This document shows, piece after piece, positions 46,171-54,572 of a stretch of 64,000 bases of DNA. Location of the stretch: the IMG/VR virus record IMGVR_UViG_3300042268_000564; one strand, 5' to 3'. The translations under genes were made by a program, and so were the position numbers. The notes beneath the pieces are model-generated. The model saw only the letters and a list, made by a program, of their open reading frames with translations. It made no database searches and was not told the DNA's origin. The DNA comes from a virus (lineage: Duplodnaviria > Caudoviricetes). Position 1 is the stretch's first letter; the number at the start of each line of letters is the position of its first letter.

Positions 46171-47147
46171 TGGCAGGGATAGAAGACCGTATAACAAACT
46201 ATGATGGTCAGCATTGCTGGCAATATGACATTCGATTGCGGAACCGTGACGAAGACATTGCCGAGTCTGGCTTGTCGCTTGACGAGATAGCAGCTTTAAG
46301 GTGTTCAGATTTTACTTTGCAACAAGAACCAAAAGAACAGAGCCATCACGAGATAAAACGATTCATTGAACGACACGAATGGCTTGGCACGATGCCACTT
46401 TATGCAACCCACTATTTTACGGCAAGATACAAAAACATCCTTGCAGGCGTGGTAATTATGGGTTTGCCCGGTAATTTTTCTAAGTTGCTTGGCAAGAAGT
46501 CTGAAGACCTTGAGCGTTTAATTAGTCGAGGTGCTTGTGTTTCGTGGTCGCCAAAGAACCTTGCGAGTAATTTGATTTCGTTTGCGATGAATTGGATGGT
46601 TCAGAATACAGAGTTTCGATTATTCACTGCATATAGCGATACTGAAGCAAAAGAACTGGGAACAATCTACCAAGCATGTAATTTTTATTACTTGGGCAAG
46701 ATTGCTGGTGCTACTTGGCAATATAAGTTGCCTGATGGAAAGCTAGTCTCTGACAGGCACTTTCGTAGTAGAAGTGTTTACAAAAGGCTCGCAAAAGCTG
46801 CTGGAATCTTTTGGGAAGCAAGTTGGCAGACCAGAGATACGGTACATCTGGATAGGATGCCTGACGAGGTTGCTTTTATTCTAAGGCAGATGTCGAAAGA
46901 TTATCAAAATTCCTGCGAACGTAGGAAAATATCGGCAAAACATAAATATGCCTATGTTTTGGGTAGAGACAAGCGAGAAACAAAAGCTTTACGGCGTGAA
47001 TTTGAATCAAGAAACAAAACATTTCCTTATCCAAAAGATAGATTGTCGCATGTTGAGGAACAAGTAGAATTTGAGGCACCTCTTGAGAATAAACTGGACG
47101 ATGTTTTATTAAAGCCTGCCTATACAGAAGTTGACATGTTTGAATAA
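46170..47147 (+). CDS. Mom-like adenine-modification protein (GNAT fold)
   Basis: FIERHEWLG, ISRGAC..PKNLASNLI, AYSD...GTIYQACNFYYLG; ends TEVDMFE. Confidence 0.75.
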   Translation: MAGIEDRITNYDGQHCWQYDIRLRNRDEDIAESGLSLDEIAALRCSDFTLQQEPKEQSHHEIKRFIERHEWLGTMPLYATHYFTARYKNILAGVVIMGLPGNFSKLLGKKSEDLERLISRGACVSWSPKNLASNLISFAMNWMVQNTEFRLFTAYSDTEAKELGTIYQACNFYYLGKIAGATWQYKLPDGKLVSDRHFRSRSVYKRLAKAAGIFWEASWQTRDTVHLDRMPDEVAFILRQMSKDYQNSCERRKISAKHKYAYVLGRDKRETKALRREFESRNKTFPYPKDRLSHVEEQVEFEAPLENKLDDVLLKPAYTEVDMFE

Positions 47148-47148
47148 A

Positions 47149-47192
47149 AAAATAAAAAAAGTGTTGACATGGAATAAGGTTAATGGTAATAT
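47149..47192 (+). promoter_or_regulatory. Strong promoter: A-tract, TTGACA-N17-TAATAT with extended -10 TG
   Basis: TTGACA 47164-47169, TG 47184-47185, TAATAT 47187-47192. Confidence 0.7.
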
Positions 47193-47198
47193 TAATTT

Positions 47199-48124
47199 GT
47201 TGCCACTCACACATGCGAGTGGATGGTAATTAAGCTGATTAAGCACACGTAGGAATACGAGTTCTTTGACAAATGAATAGGTTAAAATCGAAAAAGCTCT
47301 GAAGCTGTAGATGAGTAAAATCATTGACCCAACGCAATACGGGGAACGGAGAAAACACTCCGAATAGGCTTTCAAGGTGATTAGCGTCACCCCGACACCT
47401 ATTACAGTTTTCAAGAGAAAAGAAAGCATGACGCTGGCATGTGTTAGATTACGTGCGAATCGTAACTTCTCCTTGCCTCTGATTAAAAATCAGGAAGCAC
47501 TCTTGCAATCGCCTTGCCTTTTTTCGGAAAGAAAAACGCAAAGCACTGGCTTGCCAGTGTGGAGTAGATTGATATTTGCTCAACTTTTTATAGGCAAAGT
47601 TGCCTTTCCTATGAAAATGAGATTCAAAGATAATGTGATATGCAGATATTTGCGGGTGAAGATGTAAGATGTGGTAGTGTTAAAAACATCCTTAAGCAAG
47701 ATGCCATAACACTTTCATGTGAGTATTGGGGTTTCACAGACATTAGGACGCTCTGCGACCCGATGGATTTTGCTCTCGAAAGAGAGATTGCTGGCAATAG
47801 CAATAAACTATCACTGGTTTCTAAACGCATAAATCTTATTTACTAACATTAATGAGATTGTGATTCTGTGGACATGCTGCGACGAACAGCCCTACAAAGG
47901 AAGTAGGTTAAAAAGAGAACGAAGCGGACTTGCAAGTTAATCCTGCTTGCAAAACAAGCTCTTTATGTGATTGTGATACTATCATAATAGAGTCAAAGTC
48001 TGAGCCTCATTCGTAAAATTTCGATTTGCATTAAATTGCAAAATGCAAGTATACCCGACTGCTACCTATTCATTTCAGCCTATTAAAAGCCTGAAGCTCA
48101 CACCTTCAGGCTTTTATTTTTTTT
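47199..48124 (+). ncRNA. Candidate large structured non-coding RNA (~0.8-0.9 kb), family unassigned
   Basis: Own promoter and terminator, no credible ORF, 12-bp end-to-end helix 47271-47282 / 48064-48075, many hairpins. Confidence 0.7.
48085..48124 (+). terminator. Intrinsic terminator
   Basis: AAAAGCCTGAAG / CTTCAGGCTTTT plus T-run. Confidence 0.85.
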
Positions 48125-48215
48125 AGCTTTTTTGTGTCTATCTCGTATTGCGATATGCGATATCGCAGTTGTAGGGCTGATATACGCAATTTGCGAATAG
48201 CGAATAAAATTTTAT

Positions 48216-48243
48216 TTGACAATGTTATGGCTCTGTTTATAAT
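48216..48243 (+). promoter_or_regulatory. Promoter TTGACA-N16-TATAAT
   Basis: Perfect hexamers. Confidence 0.8.
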
Positions 48244-48274
48244 AAAAACAAGATAGGATAAAAGGAGCCAAGCG

Positions 48275-48571
48275 ATGAAAGTTTTGCTGGTTAAACCGAA
48301 TAAAGAGCCTGAAGTGGTAGAGATTGAGAACAGCCTTGAAGCCATGCAGCAGGTAGTAGGTGGCTTTATTGAAGTTACTTATCCTGATGGCAATGCAGGG
48401 GTTCTTATTTGCAACGAGGAAGGTAAGCTTAGAGGGTTGCCATTCAATCGAGATATAGGGCATGACATTATTGTTGGGGACTTCTTTATTTGCTCAAGTG
48501 ATATGCAGGGGAATTTCATTTCTTTGCCTGATAAGTGGATTGAATACTACAAAAAGATGTTTGCATTGTAA
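48275..48571 (+). CDS. DUF3846 family protein
   Basis: LEAMQQVVGGFIE, ICNEEGKLRGLPFNR, IVGDFFI. Confidence 0.85.
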   Translation: MKVLLVKPNKEPEVVEIENSLEAMQQVVGGFIEVTYPDGNAGVLICNEEGKLRGLPFNRDIGHDIIVGDFFICSSDMQGNFISLPDKWIEYYKKMFAL

Positions 48572-48590
48572 GGAAGGATTAATAGAGAGT

Positions 48591-49010
48591 ATGAATAAAA
48601 AAATGGCTATGGGGTTGGCTGTAATAGGGGTTGTGGCTGTATTTTTGCCGTGGATAACAGCGATGGGAAAAACTCTTAGTGGGCTTGACTGCGATTATGG
48701 TTGGGTAACAGTAATTTTGTTTGGATTGATATTTTACACATGTCTCGAAAAAGACGGTGATTCTGCTACAAAATTGTTATTTGGTGTGGGCTTCCCCGCA
48801 GGTGGGATTGCATTATATTGCCTATGGACGTTTTTTTCTATAAGACAAGAGTTGGCTTCGGTTGCCAACGAGAATCTTTTAATAAAAATGGTGTCAGCAA
48901 CTGTCTCGATAGACTATGGTTTATATTTAACTATTGGTGCAAGTTTGGCAATCATCATAATCTTTATTTTGAAAGGCTCATTTAAAGATGCCGAAAGCAA
49001 GAAACTTTAA
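48591..49010 (+). CDS. Hypothetical membrane protein
   Basis: Four hydrophobic segments, FLPW, YGLYL. Confidence 0.7.
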   Translation: MNKKMAMGLAVIGVVAVFLPWITAMGKTLSGLDCDYGWVTVILFGLIFYTCLEKDGDSATKLLFGVGFPAGGIALYCLWTFFSIRQELASVANENLLIKMVSATVSIDYGLYLTIGASLAIIIIFILKGSFKDAESKKL

Positions 49011-49398
49011 AAGACCTACAGGACGTCTTAAGATGCACGTCTTTCTTTTCACCTTGACCATGCCGAAGGTTGGCTCTTGGAATGGAAAATGGACTGGCGC
49101 AGAGAAGAATTACACTGAAATACGGCGTGTCCGTAATGATGATAAAGATTTTGCAAAATGCAAGCAGCTTGTCGCTCAAAAGAACCATCAATACGACTTT
49201 GGCGACGGATGGGTAATGAATATTGAGGTCAAAGAAATTTACTTTAATCAGCTCAAAAAAGCTCTGAGAGAATCAGATGGATTTTGCGGCTATAGTTGGG
49301 CAGTAGACAGCCTTATTAAGCGTGGCTATATAATAAGTGATAGAGACCTTGAAATTCAAAAAGAAAATGAAATTGCTGCCGTAATGACAACAATGTAA
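48988..49398 (+). CDS. Hypothetical phage protein
   Basis: MPKVGSWNGKWTG, YDFGDGW, GFCGYSW. Confidence 0.7.
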   Translation: MPKARNFKRPTGRLKMHVFLFTLTMPKVGSWNGKWTGAEKNYTEIRRVRNDDKDFAKCKQLVAQKNHQYDFGDGWVMNIEVKEIYFNQLKKALRESDGFCGYSWAVDSLIKRGYIISDRDLEIQKENEIAAVMTTM

Positions 49399-49563
49399 GG
49401 AATGCGATATGTGGATTAAAGTGAAAGATAAGAATCTTTATAATCAATGGATTGATTTTCTTTGCAAGAAATACGGATGTAAAGAGAACGCCACAATAAG
49501 GACAGAAGCCTTTTTTAAAACTCAAAAGCTCGAAAAACCGATAGTTTTTATCTGAGGTAAAAC

Positions 49564-50151
49564 ATGGGGATTATCCAGAAAATTGATTGCTACTTTGGCT
49601 GGCATAAGCCTGTCGTTATAAAAACAGTTTCCTACTTGGAATACATGTATCTGGCTATTGGCGACCATATTAAAGACATGACAACGATTGACCTTGTTAC
49701 CTTGATGGACGGTTTGTTTTACAGGCTTAGAGAGGTATATGGAAATGAGGTTATGGAAACTAGATTTATAGCCTTGCATGATGGCTCAATGGAGACTCTG
49801 TTTGACGAGAATGAAGCTATGCAAAAGCATATAGAGTTCTTTCGTAACATCGCAGAAGAGCACTCTGTTAAGCAAAAAAGATTACTGGAAATAAGAAAAA
49901 TTTCCGGCTATATTCCTTTGGAGACTCAAAGAGAACGAGATGAGCTTGATGAAAGAGTAGAAGAGATACGGTTATTTCTTTATTGTCCAAAGCTCGGCTT
50001 TAAAGTTCGATTTTGTCCTGACTGTAAAAAAACATTCGATGTTCGAGACGACCTTGGGAAAATACTGCCAGAATTAGTCAGTTCATTGAAACGGATTCAG
50101 ATGAATGAAAAAACTGGCGTATTTTTGTTGCCGAATAAAGGAGTGGAGTAA
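49564..50151 (+). CDS. Hypothetical protein
   Basis: 195 aa, GAGGT RBS. Confidence 0.7.
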   Translation: MGIIQKIDCYFGWHKPVVIKTVSYLEYMYLAIGDHIKDMTTIDLVTLMDGLFYRLREVYGNEVMETRFIALHDGSMETLFDENEAMQKHIEFFRNIAEEHSVKQKRLLEIRKISGYIPLETQRERDELDERVEEIRLFLYCPKLGFKVRFCPDCKKTFDVRDDLGKILPELVSSLKRIQMNEKTGVFLLPNKGVE

Positions 50152-50378
50152 TGGCTAAGGAAGGCTGGAAATGGATAATTAACTCGACAAGGGAACATTA
50201 CTTTGTTGAAGGACGTTCTCTTTGTAAAAGATGGCTCTCGCTGAGTGGCGGTGGTTTCGATACAACCATAGGCAATAAACCATGTAAAACATGTGAAAAA
50301 GCTCTGGCAAAAAGAACAGAAAAAGCCCTATTAAAAAAAGCTGATTTTGAGATTCAGCTTGTGAAAGGAAAACTATGA
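50151..50378 (+). CDS. Hypothetical Zn-binding protein
   Basis: HYF..SLC...CKTC. Confidence 0.65.
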   Translation: MAKEGWKWIINSTREHYFVEGRSLCKRWLSLSGGGFDTTIGNKPCKTCEKALAKRTEKALLKKADFEIQLVKGKL

Positions 50379-50623
50379 TTGAGGGCATTCACAAGTTAAA
50401 GAATGGACGGCAGTACAAGGTGCTGAAATGCGACACTGAATATGCCACAAATCCCGAAGGCGACTATGCCACAGGTGGTTATCATATAACATCATGGGAA
50501 CCGTCATTCGACAATGATAAGGGTGGCAAAGGCTTGTGGGTTTATATAAGTAATGCGCCAGATAAAGCCAGTGTAGAGGCTTTTTTAAAAGCGGCTGAAA
50601 GGCTTGCGCCTCTCAATCGTTAA
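50375..50623 (+). CDS. Hypothetical protein
   Basis: ATGA-coupled. Confidence 0.6.
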   Translation: MIEGIHKLKNGRQYKVLKCDTEYATNPEGDYATGGYHITSWEPSFDNDKGGKGLWVYISNAPDKASVEAFLKAAERLAPLNR

Positions 50624-50777
50624 ACATCTGTTGCATCTTTTGCAAAACTCGGTTGGATTATAAAAATAGTATCGCCGTCACCTTTGTTATTTTCCATAAT
50701 GATAATGCGTGGTTTCATTTCACCTCGTCGTCCAGCCTCATAAAATTCATCACAAAGTCGCTGAATATCTTTTTTAT

Positions 50778-51143
50778 TCATATCGTGTCAAGAGCTTTTA
50801 CGATAAAGCTTTTAAGTCTGTCGATATCGGCTATGGTAATCGGCTGGAATGGATGTGCCTTAATGTGACCGCAACCTGCACGTTTGAATAATTCACAAGT
50901 ATCTTTATTGGTTAAACCAAGTGCCTTGCTTGCTGCGTGCAAATTGGCATGGATAATTTTTTTTGTTGTAACAGGTTGACTCGTTACATTTGACATGGCT
51001 ACTCTTACTGCTTCTATAGCCTTGTCTGGCACGCAGGAGAAGTGATGTGCCTTTGTTGGATATCCCATGTCGGTAAGTTTATTTGCCATTTCTCGAAGTG
51101 TCATGTCGTATTTTCTGGCAATCTCATGCAAGCGTTGTCCCAT
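50778..51143 (-). CDS. Protein with translation initiation factor IF-2 N-terminal-like repeats
   Basis: RLHEIARKYDMTLREMANKLTDMGYPTKAHHFSCV and a weaker second copy NLHAASKALGLTNKDTCELFKRAG..IKAH; AGGAG RBS. Confidence 0.6.
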   Translation of the reverse strand: MGQRLHEIARKYDMTLREMANKLTDMGYPTKAHHFSCVPDKAIEAVRVAMSNVTSQPVTTKKIIHANLHAASKALGLTNKDTCELFKRAGCGHIKAHPFQPITIADIDRLKSFIVKALDTI

Positions 51144-51174
51144 TGTGATACTCCTAAAGTTTAGATACCACTAA

Positions 51175-51678
51175 TTATAACGCTTGCGAGCGAAAGGTCA
51201 AATATTTTTGTGGGTTCATGAATTTTTCTTTTAACAAAATTTCAAAATGTAGATGATTGCCCGTTGACCGCCCTGTGCTTCCCACTAATGCTATTGTATC
51301 GCCTTGTTTGACTATGGCGTTCTTTTTCACGAGGATTTTGGAACAATGTGCATATCTGCTGGTATATTTCTCATGCTGGACAACTACAAGTTTGCCGTAG
51401 CCGCCAGCATAGCCTGCAAAAGTTACTTTGCCTGCCTTAGTTGCCGTGATTGGTGAGCCTTTAATCGCAGCGATGTCTATGCCGGTATGAAACCCTTTGT
51501 TGCGTCGTCCGAAAAGTGATGTGAGCCGTCCATGTGCTGGTTCTATAAAAGAGGTTATCTGCTTCGTTATAAGGACAGGCTTAACTCCCACCTTGAAACT
51601 CGGCAAGGCGTTTGGCTTGATTCTGGTTGGCAGGACAAGGAAAAGTGCTGTTAGACATATTTGTTTCCACATATTCAA
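51175..51678 (-). CDS. M23 family metallopeptidase
   Basis: HTGIDIA, GYGKLVVVQH, YAH, GSTGRSTGNHLHFE; N-terminal hydrophobic segment. Confidence 0.93.
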   Translation of the reverse strand: MNMWKQICLTALFLVLPTRIKPNALPSFKVGVKPVLITKQITSFIEPAHGRLTSLFGRRNKGFHTGIDIAAIKGSPITATKAGKVTFAGYAGGYGKLVVVQHEKYTSRYAHCSKILVKKNAIVKQGDTIALVGSTGRSTGNHLHFEILLKEKFMNPQKYLTFRSQAL

Positions 51679-51695
51679 TATTTTACCCAGACAAG

Positions 51696-51721
51696 GAAGG
51701 GCACGATTTCTCGTGCCCTTC
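51696..51721 (-). terminator. Hairpin/terminator after hsp20
   Basis: GAAGGGCACGA / TCGTGCCCTTC. Confidence 0.6.
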
Positions 51722-51726
51722 TGTGA

Positions 51727-52074
51727 TTAGCTGATACTGATAGGAATTTGTTTCAGGTTGCTTTTATGTTTTTTCGGAAGCGTGACTGTTAGCATTCCAT
51801 TTTTATAATTTGCATCAATATTATCAGTATCGACATCTGTTGTCACTTTGAATTGTTCTTTAATTTTGCCATGTAATTGCTTGTTAAGCGTGCTGCTGCG
51901 TTCGGCATTAATAGTCAGGATATTTTTATCGAATTGCAGGTTAAGAGACTCTGTATCGAGACCGGGCAATGGCAATTCAAGAGTGATATTGTCATCATCT
52001 GATGTGGTGTATGAATCTGATACCTGCCAGAAATTAGAGTTAAAACCATTTTTGAGTAAATCCAGTGCGAACAT
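51727..52074 (-). CDS. Small heat shock protein (Hsp20/alpha-crystallin)
   Basis: LPGL, ILTINAER, IDANYKNGMLTVTLPK, C-terminal IPI. Confidence 0.9.
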   Translation of the reverse strand: MFALDLLKNGFNSNFWQVSDSYTTSDDDNITLELPLPGLDTESLNLQFDKNILTINAERSSTLNKQLHGKIKEQFKVTTDVDTDNIDANYKNGMLTVTLPKKHKSNLKQIPISIS

Positions 52075-52182
52075 TTTAAGTTCCTCCTTGTTAAATGTAT
52101 GATGTGATAAGATATTGCAAGGTTTGTGCCAACTTAAAAACGCGCATAAATACAGGAAGATGAAAAAAATGCGACGTAGTAT

Positions 52183-52210
52183 TTGACAAGCGCGACGTAG
52201 CTTTTATAAT
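52183..52210 (+). promoter_or_regulatory. Promoter TTGACA-N16-TATAAT flanked by GCGACGTAG direct repeats
   Basis: Repeats at 52171-52179 and 52192-52200. Confidence 0.75.
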
Positions 52211-52260
52211 AAAACTATGCCAGTGGCAAAGCAGAGAAAAGTTTTATAGGAGGACAAGTA

Positions 52261-52575
52261 ATGATAGTGAATGAATATGTGGACTTTGACGGGCTGTGGA
52301 ATGAACTGGTTAAACAGAATAAAGAAGTAATTGAAACTCTTGCGAATGACGACGATAAAACAGATGAAAAGACTATTCATGTGAACATCCAAAGATTCCT
52401 TAAAGACCCGCTGCCTTTAATTAAAACGGACTGTGACCTTACCGACAAAGAAGTAATCTTTACATTTGGTGAATCATGGGGGCAAAACGAAAGTGACTCT
52501 GTCGGTGATTTCGTGAATGTTACTATTGTTTACTCTCGACAGTATGGCTCTTTCGTGGGCTATGATAATGCATGA
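52261..52575 (+). CDS. Hypothetical protein
   Basis: AGGAGG RBS. Confidence 0.7.
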   Translation: MIVNEYVDFDGLWNELVKQNKEVIETLANDDDKTDEKTIHVNIQRFLKDPLPLIKTDCDLTDKEVIFTFGESWGQNESDSVGDFVNVTIVYSRQYGSFVGYDNA

Positions 52576-52882
52576 TATAAATCCTAACACGCTCAAGGGA
52601 CGACTGCTTATGTTTATGGCTGAAAGCTCGCCTCTTTCAAAAAACGCTTGTTTAACATTTTGTAAAGATGCATTATGGAGCCAACATAGTCTTTCGTATG
52701 GCAGCAAATTTCTTATGCCGTTAATGTTGGGCTGCTTAGAGGCTCGCAAGCTGATAAGAATTACAGAGGGATTCATTTTTATCACCGACGCTGGAGTAGA
52801 TTTGGTTAAAGAATGGCATCTGGAAAAATACAAAATCAACGAAGCTGAAGCTACAAAAATAGAAGAGAGCGGACTTTTGTAA
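52562..52882 (+). CDS. Hypothetical winged-helix-like protein
   Basis: LEARKLIRI...ITDAG. Confidence 0.55.
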   Translation: MIMHDINPNTLKGRLLMFMAESSPLSKNACLTFCKDALWSQHSLSYGSKFLMPLMLGCLEARKLIRITEGFIFITDAGVDLVKEWHLEKYKINEAEATKIEESGLL

Positions 52883-52910
52883 TTGACATTTTGCTATCGC
52901 TCTTTATAAT
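52883..52910 (+). promoter_or_regulatory. Promoter TTGACA-N16-TATAAT (leaderless start at 52917)
   Basis: Perfect hexamers; ATG 6 nt downstream. Confidence 0.8.
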
Positions 52911-52916
52911 AACTGT

Positions 52917-53684
52917 ATGATACAAAGAAATAGAGTTAAATTCGGATTAAAGCTTGAAGTTGATACTCGTGATGCAAAGGAACGTTTGTATGACGGACTA
53001 GAGGCTTTGATTCATTTACCTCTGTCAAAGCTGTATCAAGCATTGATTATATTGCATGTAGTCAGAGAAAATCTTCCAGAAGATGGATTGAGTGGTGCGC
53101 ATGTAGTGAACCTTTGTGAGAGAGGATTTGTTGATTTAAGAGAAAGAATTTTATTTTACGAAAAGCCTATATCCGTATTCAGCAAAGTTCTGCAAAAACA
53201 TCTGTCCAGCCTGTCGGAGGATAATGAGAAATTTTACGGGCATCGCACAGCACGGAAACAAAACGCTTTCAAAGCACTATTTACATTTTTATTTTTGGAA
53301 ACAAGATTCAGTTATTGGCTAGAAAAATTTGTGGCCGTTAACATGGGAAATTCAGAAGAGGTAAAGGGCACTAAATTTGCCTGTGAACAATGGCTTCACA
53401 CGCTTAATATTTCAGGACTGAATACTGTTGCTAGTATTCAACATAACAAAATGAGCATTGGGCAATACATCAAAAAGGCGCAAAAAAAGATGTTAAAGAC
53501 AGGTGGAAGTGTCTATAAAATTATAGAAAAAGACAGACTTCAGATTATTCAAAGCTTGCCGCTCTGCCTTTCAAGAGGGGACACTAAAGCTGCATTCATT
53601 GTAGCGTGGGCTTGTGGTTGGGCTATTTGGCAGACCAAGAGATTTGTTAGAAAGCCAAAGATTAGAAAAACCTGTATGTTATGA
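52917..53684 (+). CDS. Hypothetical protein
   Basis: 255 aa. Confidence 0.7.
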   Translation: MIQRNRVKFGLKLEVDTRDAKERLYDGLEALIHLPLSKLYQALIILHVVRENLPEDGLSGAHVVNLCERGFVDLRERILFYEKPISVFSKVLQKHLSSLSEDNEKFYGHRTARKQNAFKALFTFLFLETRFSYWLEKFVAVNMGNSEEVKGTKFACEQWLHTLNISGLNTVASIQHNKMSIGQYIKKAQKKMLKTGGSVYKIIEKDRLQIIQSLPLCLSRGDTKAAFIVAWACGWAIWQTKRFVRKPKIRKTCML

Positions 53685-53935
53685 GTATCAATTTGGGGAC
53701 AGAATTGCTTATTTTTATTGCGAGACAAGGTGTGACGACGACCAAAGCTTGTAAAGCCTGTTTTGCAGGTAAAAATTCATACATGGAAGCACGTTCAGTA
53801 TACAATAAGATTAATGATTTGGCTTTGTTCCGATATGTGACAGTTAAGCGTGGAATAATTGAAATTACTGAGCTTGGATTAAAAATTGCACAAGAGAAAG
53901 GCTTTGAACCAGTAAAGCCGCCGGAGATATTATGA
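53681..53935 (+). CDS. Hypothetical winged-helix-like protein
   Basis: YVTV..IEITELG; ATGA-coupled. Confidence 0.55.
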   Translation: MSINLGTELLIFIARQGVTTTKACKACFAGKNSYMEARSVYNKINDLALFRYVTVKRGIIEITELGLKIAQEKGFEPVKPPEIL

Positions 53936-54240
53936 AAATAGAATTTAAAGAAAATCAAAAATGTCACAGTTGCCATAAGGACTCAGCAAAGGCGTTTGAA
54001 TTGTTGCGGCATGTATTTTGTCGTGATTGTTTGTTGAAACTCGGCAATTTGATTGGGATTACTGTTATGAATTTTGACAGAGAAAATCCACAGTCTGTAT
54101 TTGGCGCAGAGCTACTGGAGCGAGTGCTTGAGAAGGCAAGAAACATGTCTGATGATGAATACATGGAATTACATAAAAAAGCTCAGGAAATGAGTAAGAA
54201 TTTTGAAGAAAATTTAATTCCTGATGATATTATAGAATAG
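53932..54240 (+). CDS. Hypothetical Zn-finger protein
   Basis: CHSC...FCRDC. Confidence 0.65.
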   Translation: MKIEFKENQKCHSCHKDSAKAFELLRHVFCRDCLLKLGNLIGITVMNFDRENPQSVFGAELLERVLEKARNMSDDEYMELHKKAQEMSKNFEENLIPDDIIE

Positions 54241-54426
54241 ATGGTGAAGCCTGCACAAAGCTGACAGTTACGGTGCTTACTGCTTCCAAGCGAGGTGAAC
54301 GTCCGAAAAGCAATTGGGGATAAACATTCTTTTGCAAACGTTCGATGACTTAGGGTGGTTGAGAGAAATCGCCAAGCCGCACCTGTAGGTGAATCCATCG
54401 CCGCCATTGCTGGTGGCTTATTTTTT
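54240..54426 (+). ncRNA. Candidate 6S-like hairpin small RNA with terminator
   Basis: Extended -10 TGaTATTAT 54225-54233; nested pairings GATGG/CCATC, GCCTGCA/TGTAGGT, GAACGT/ACGTTC, AAAAG/CTTTT; terminator 54400-54426. Confidence 0.55.
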
Positions 54427-54572
54427 GACTGGAATTTGAAAATGTCAATATTGTATTGTATTGCAATTTTTTATGTCATTTGTCTGGTGATAATCTTTTT
54501 ATGCGCTACAGCATGGGGGGAGATTCCTTATATGCCAGACGAACTAGACGAACCAAATAATGGAGATGAGCC

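Noticed and set aside
45641-46172. Near-identical GAAATGGACATGTTTGA at two gene ends as a DNA repeat, recombination site or CRISPR repeat
   Set aside because: Other copies differ at synonymous positions and spacing is gene-sized, so it reflects the peptide tag.
47109-47846. ORFs 47109..47429, 47377..47667, 47624..47830 and 47640..47846
   Set aside because: No convincing RBS or protein features; the region is better explained as a structured RNA.
54355-54441. N-terminal extension of ORF 54355..54576
   Set aside because: It overlaps the small-RNA stem and terminator; at most a short hydrophobic ORF from 54442 is plausible.
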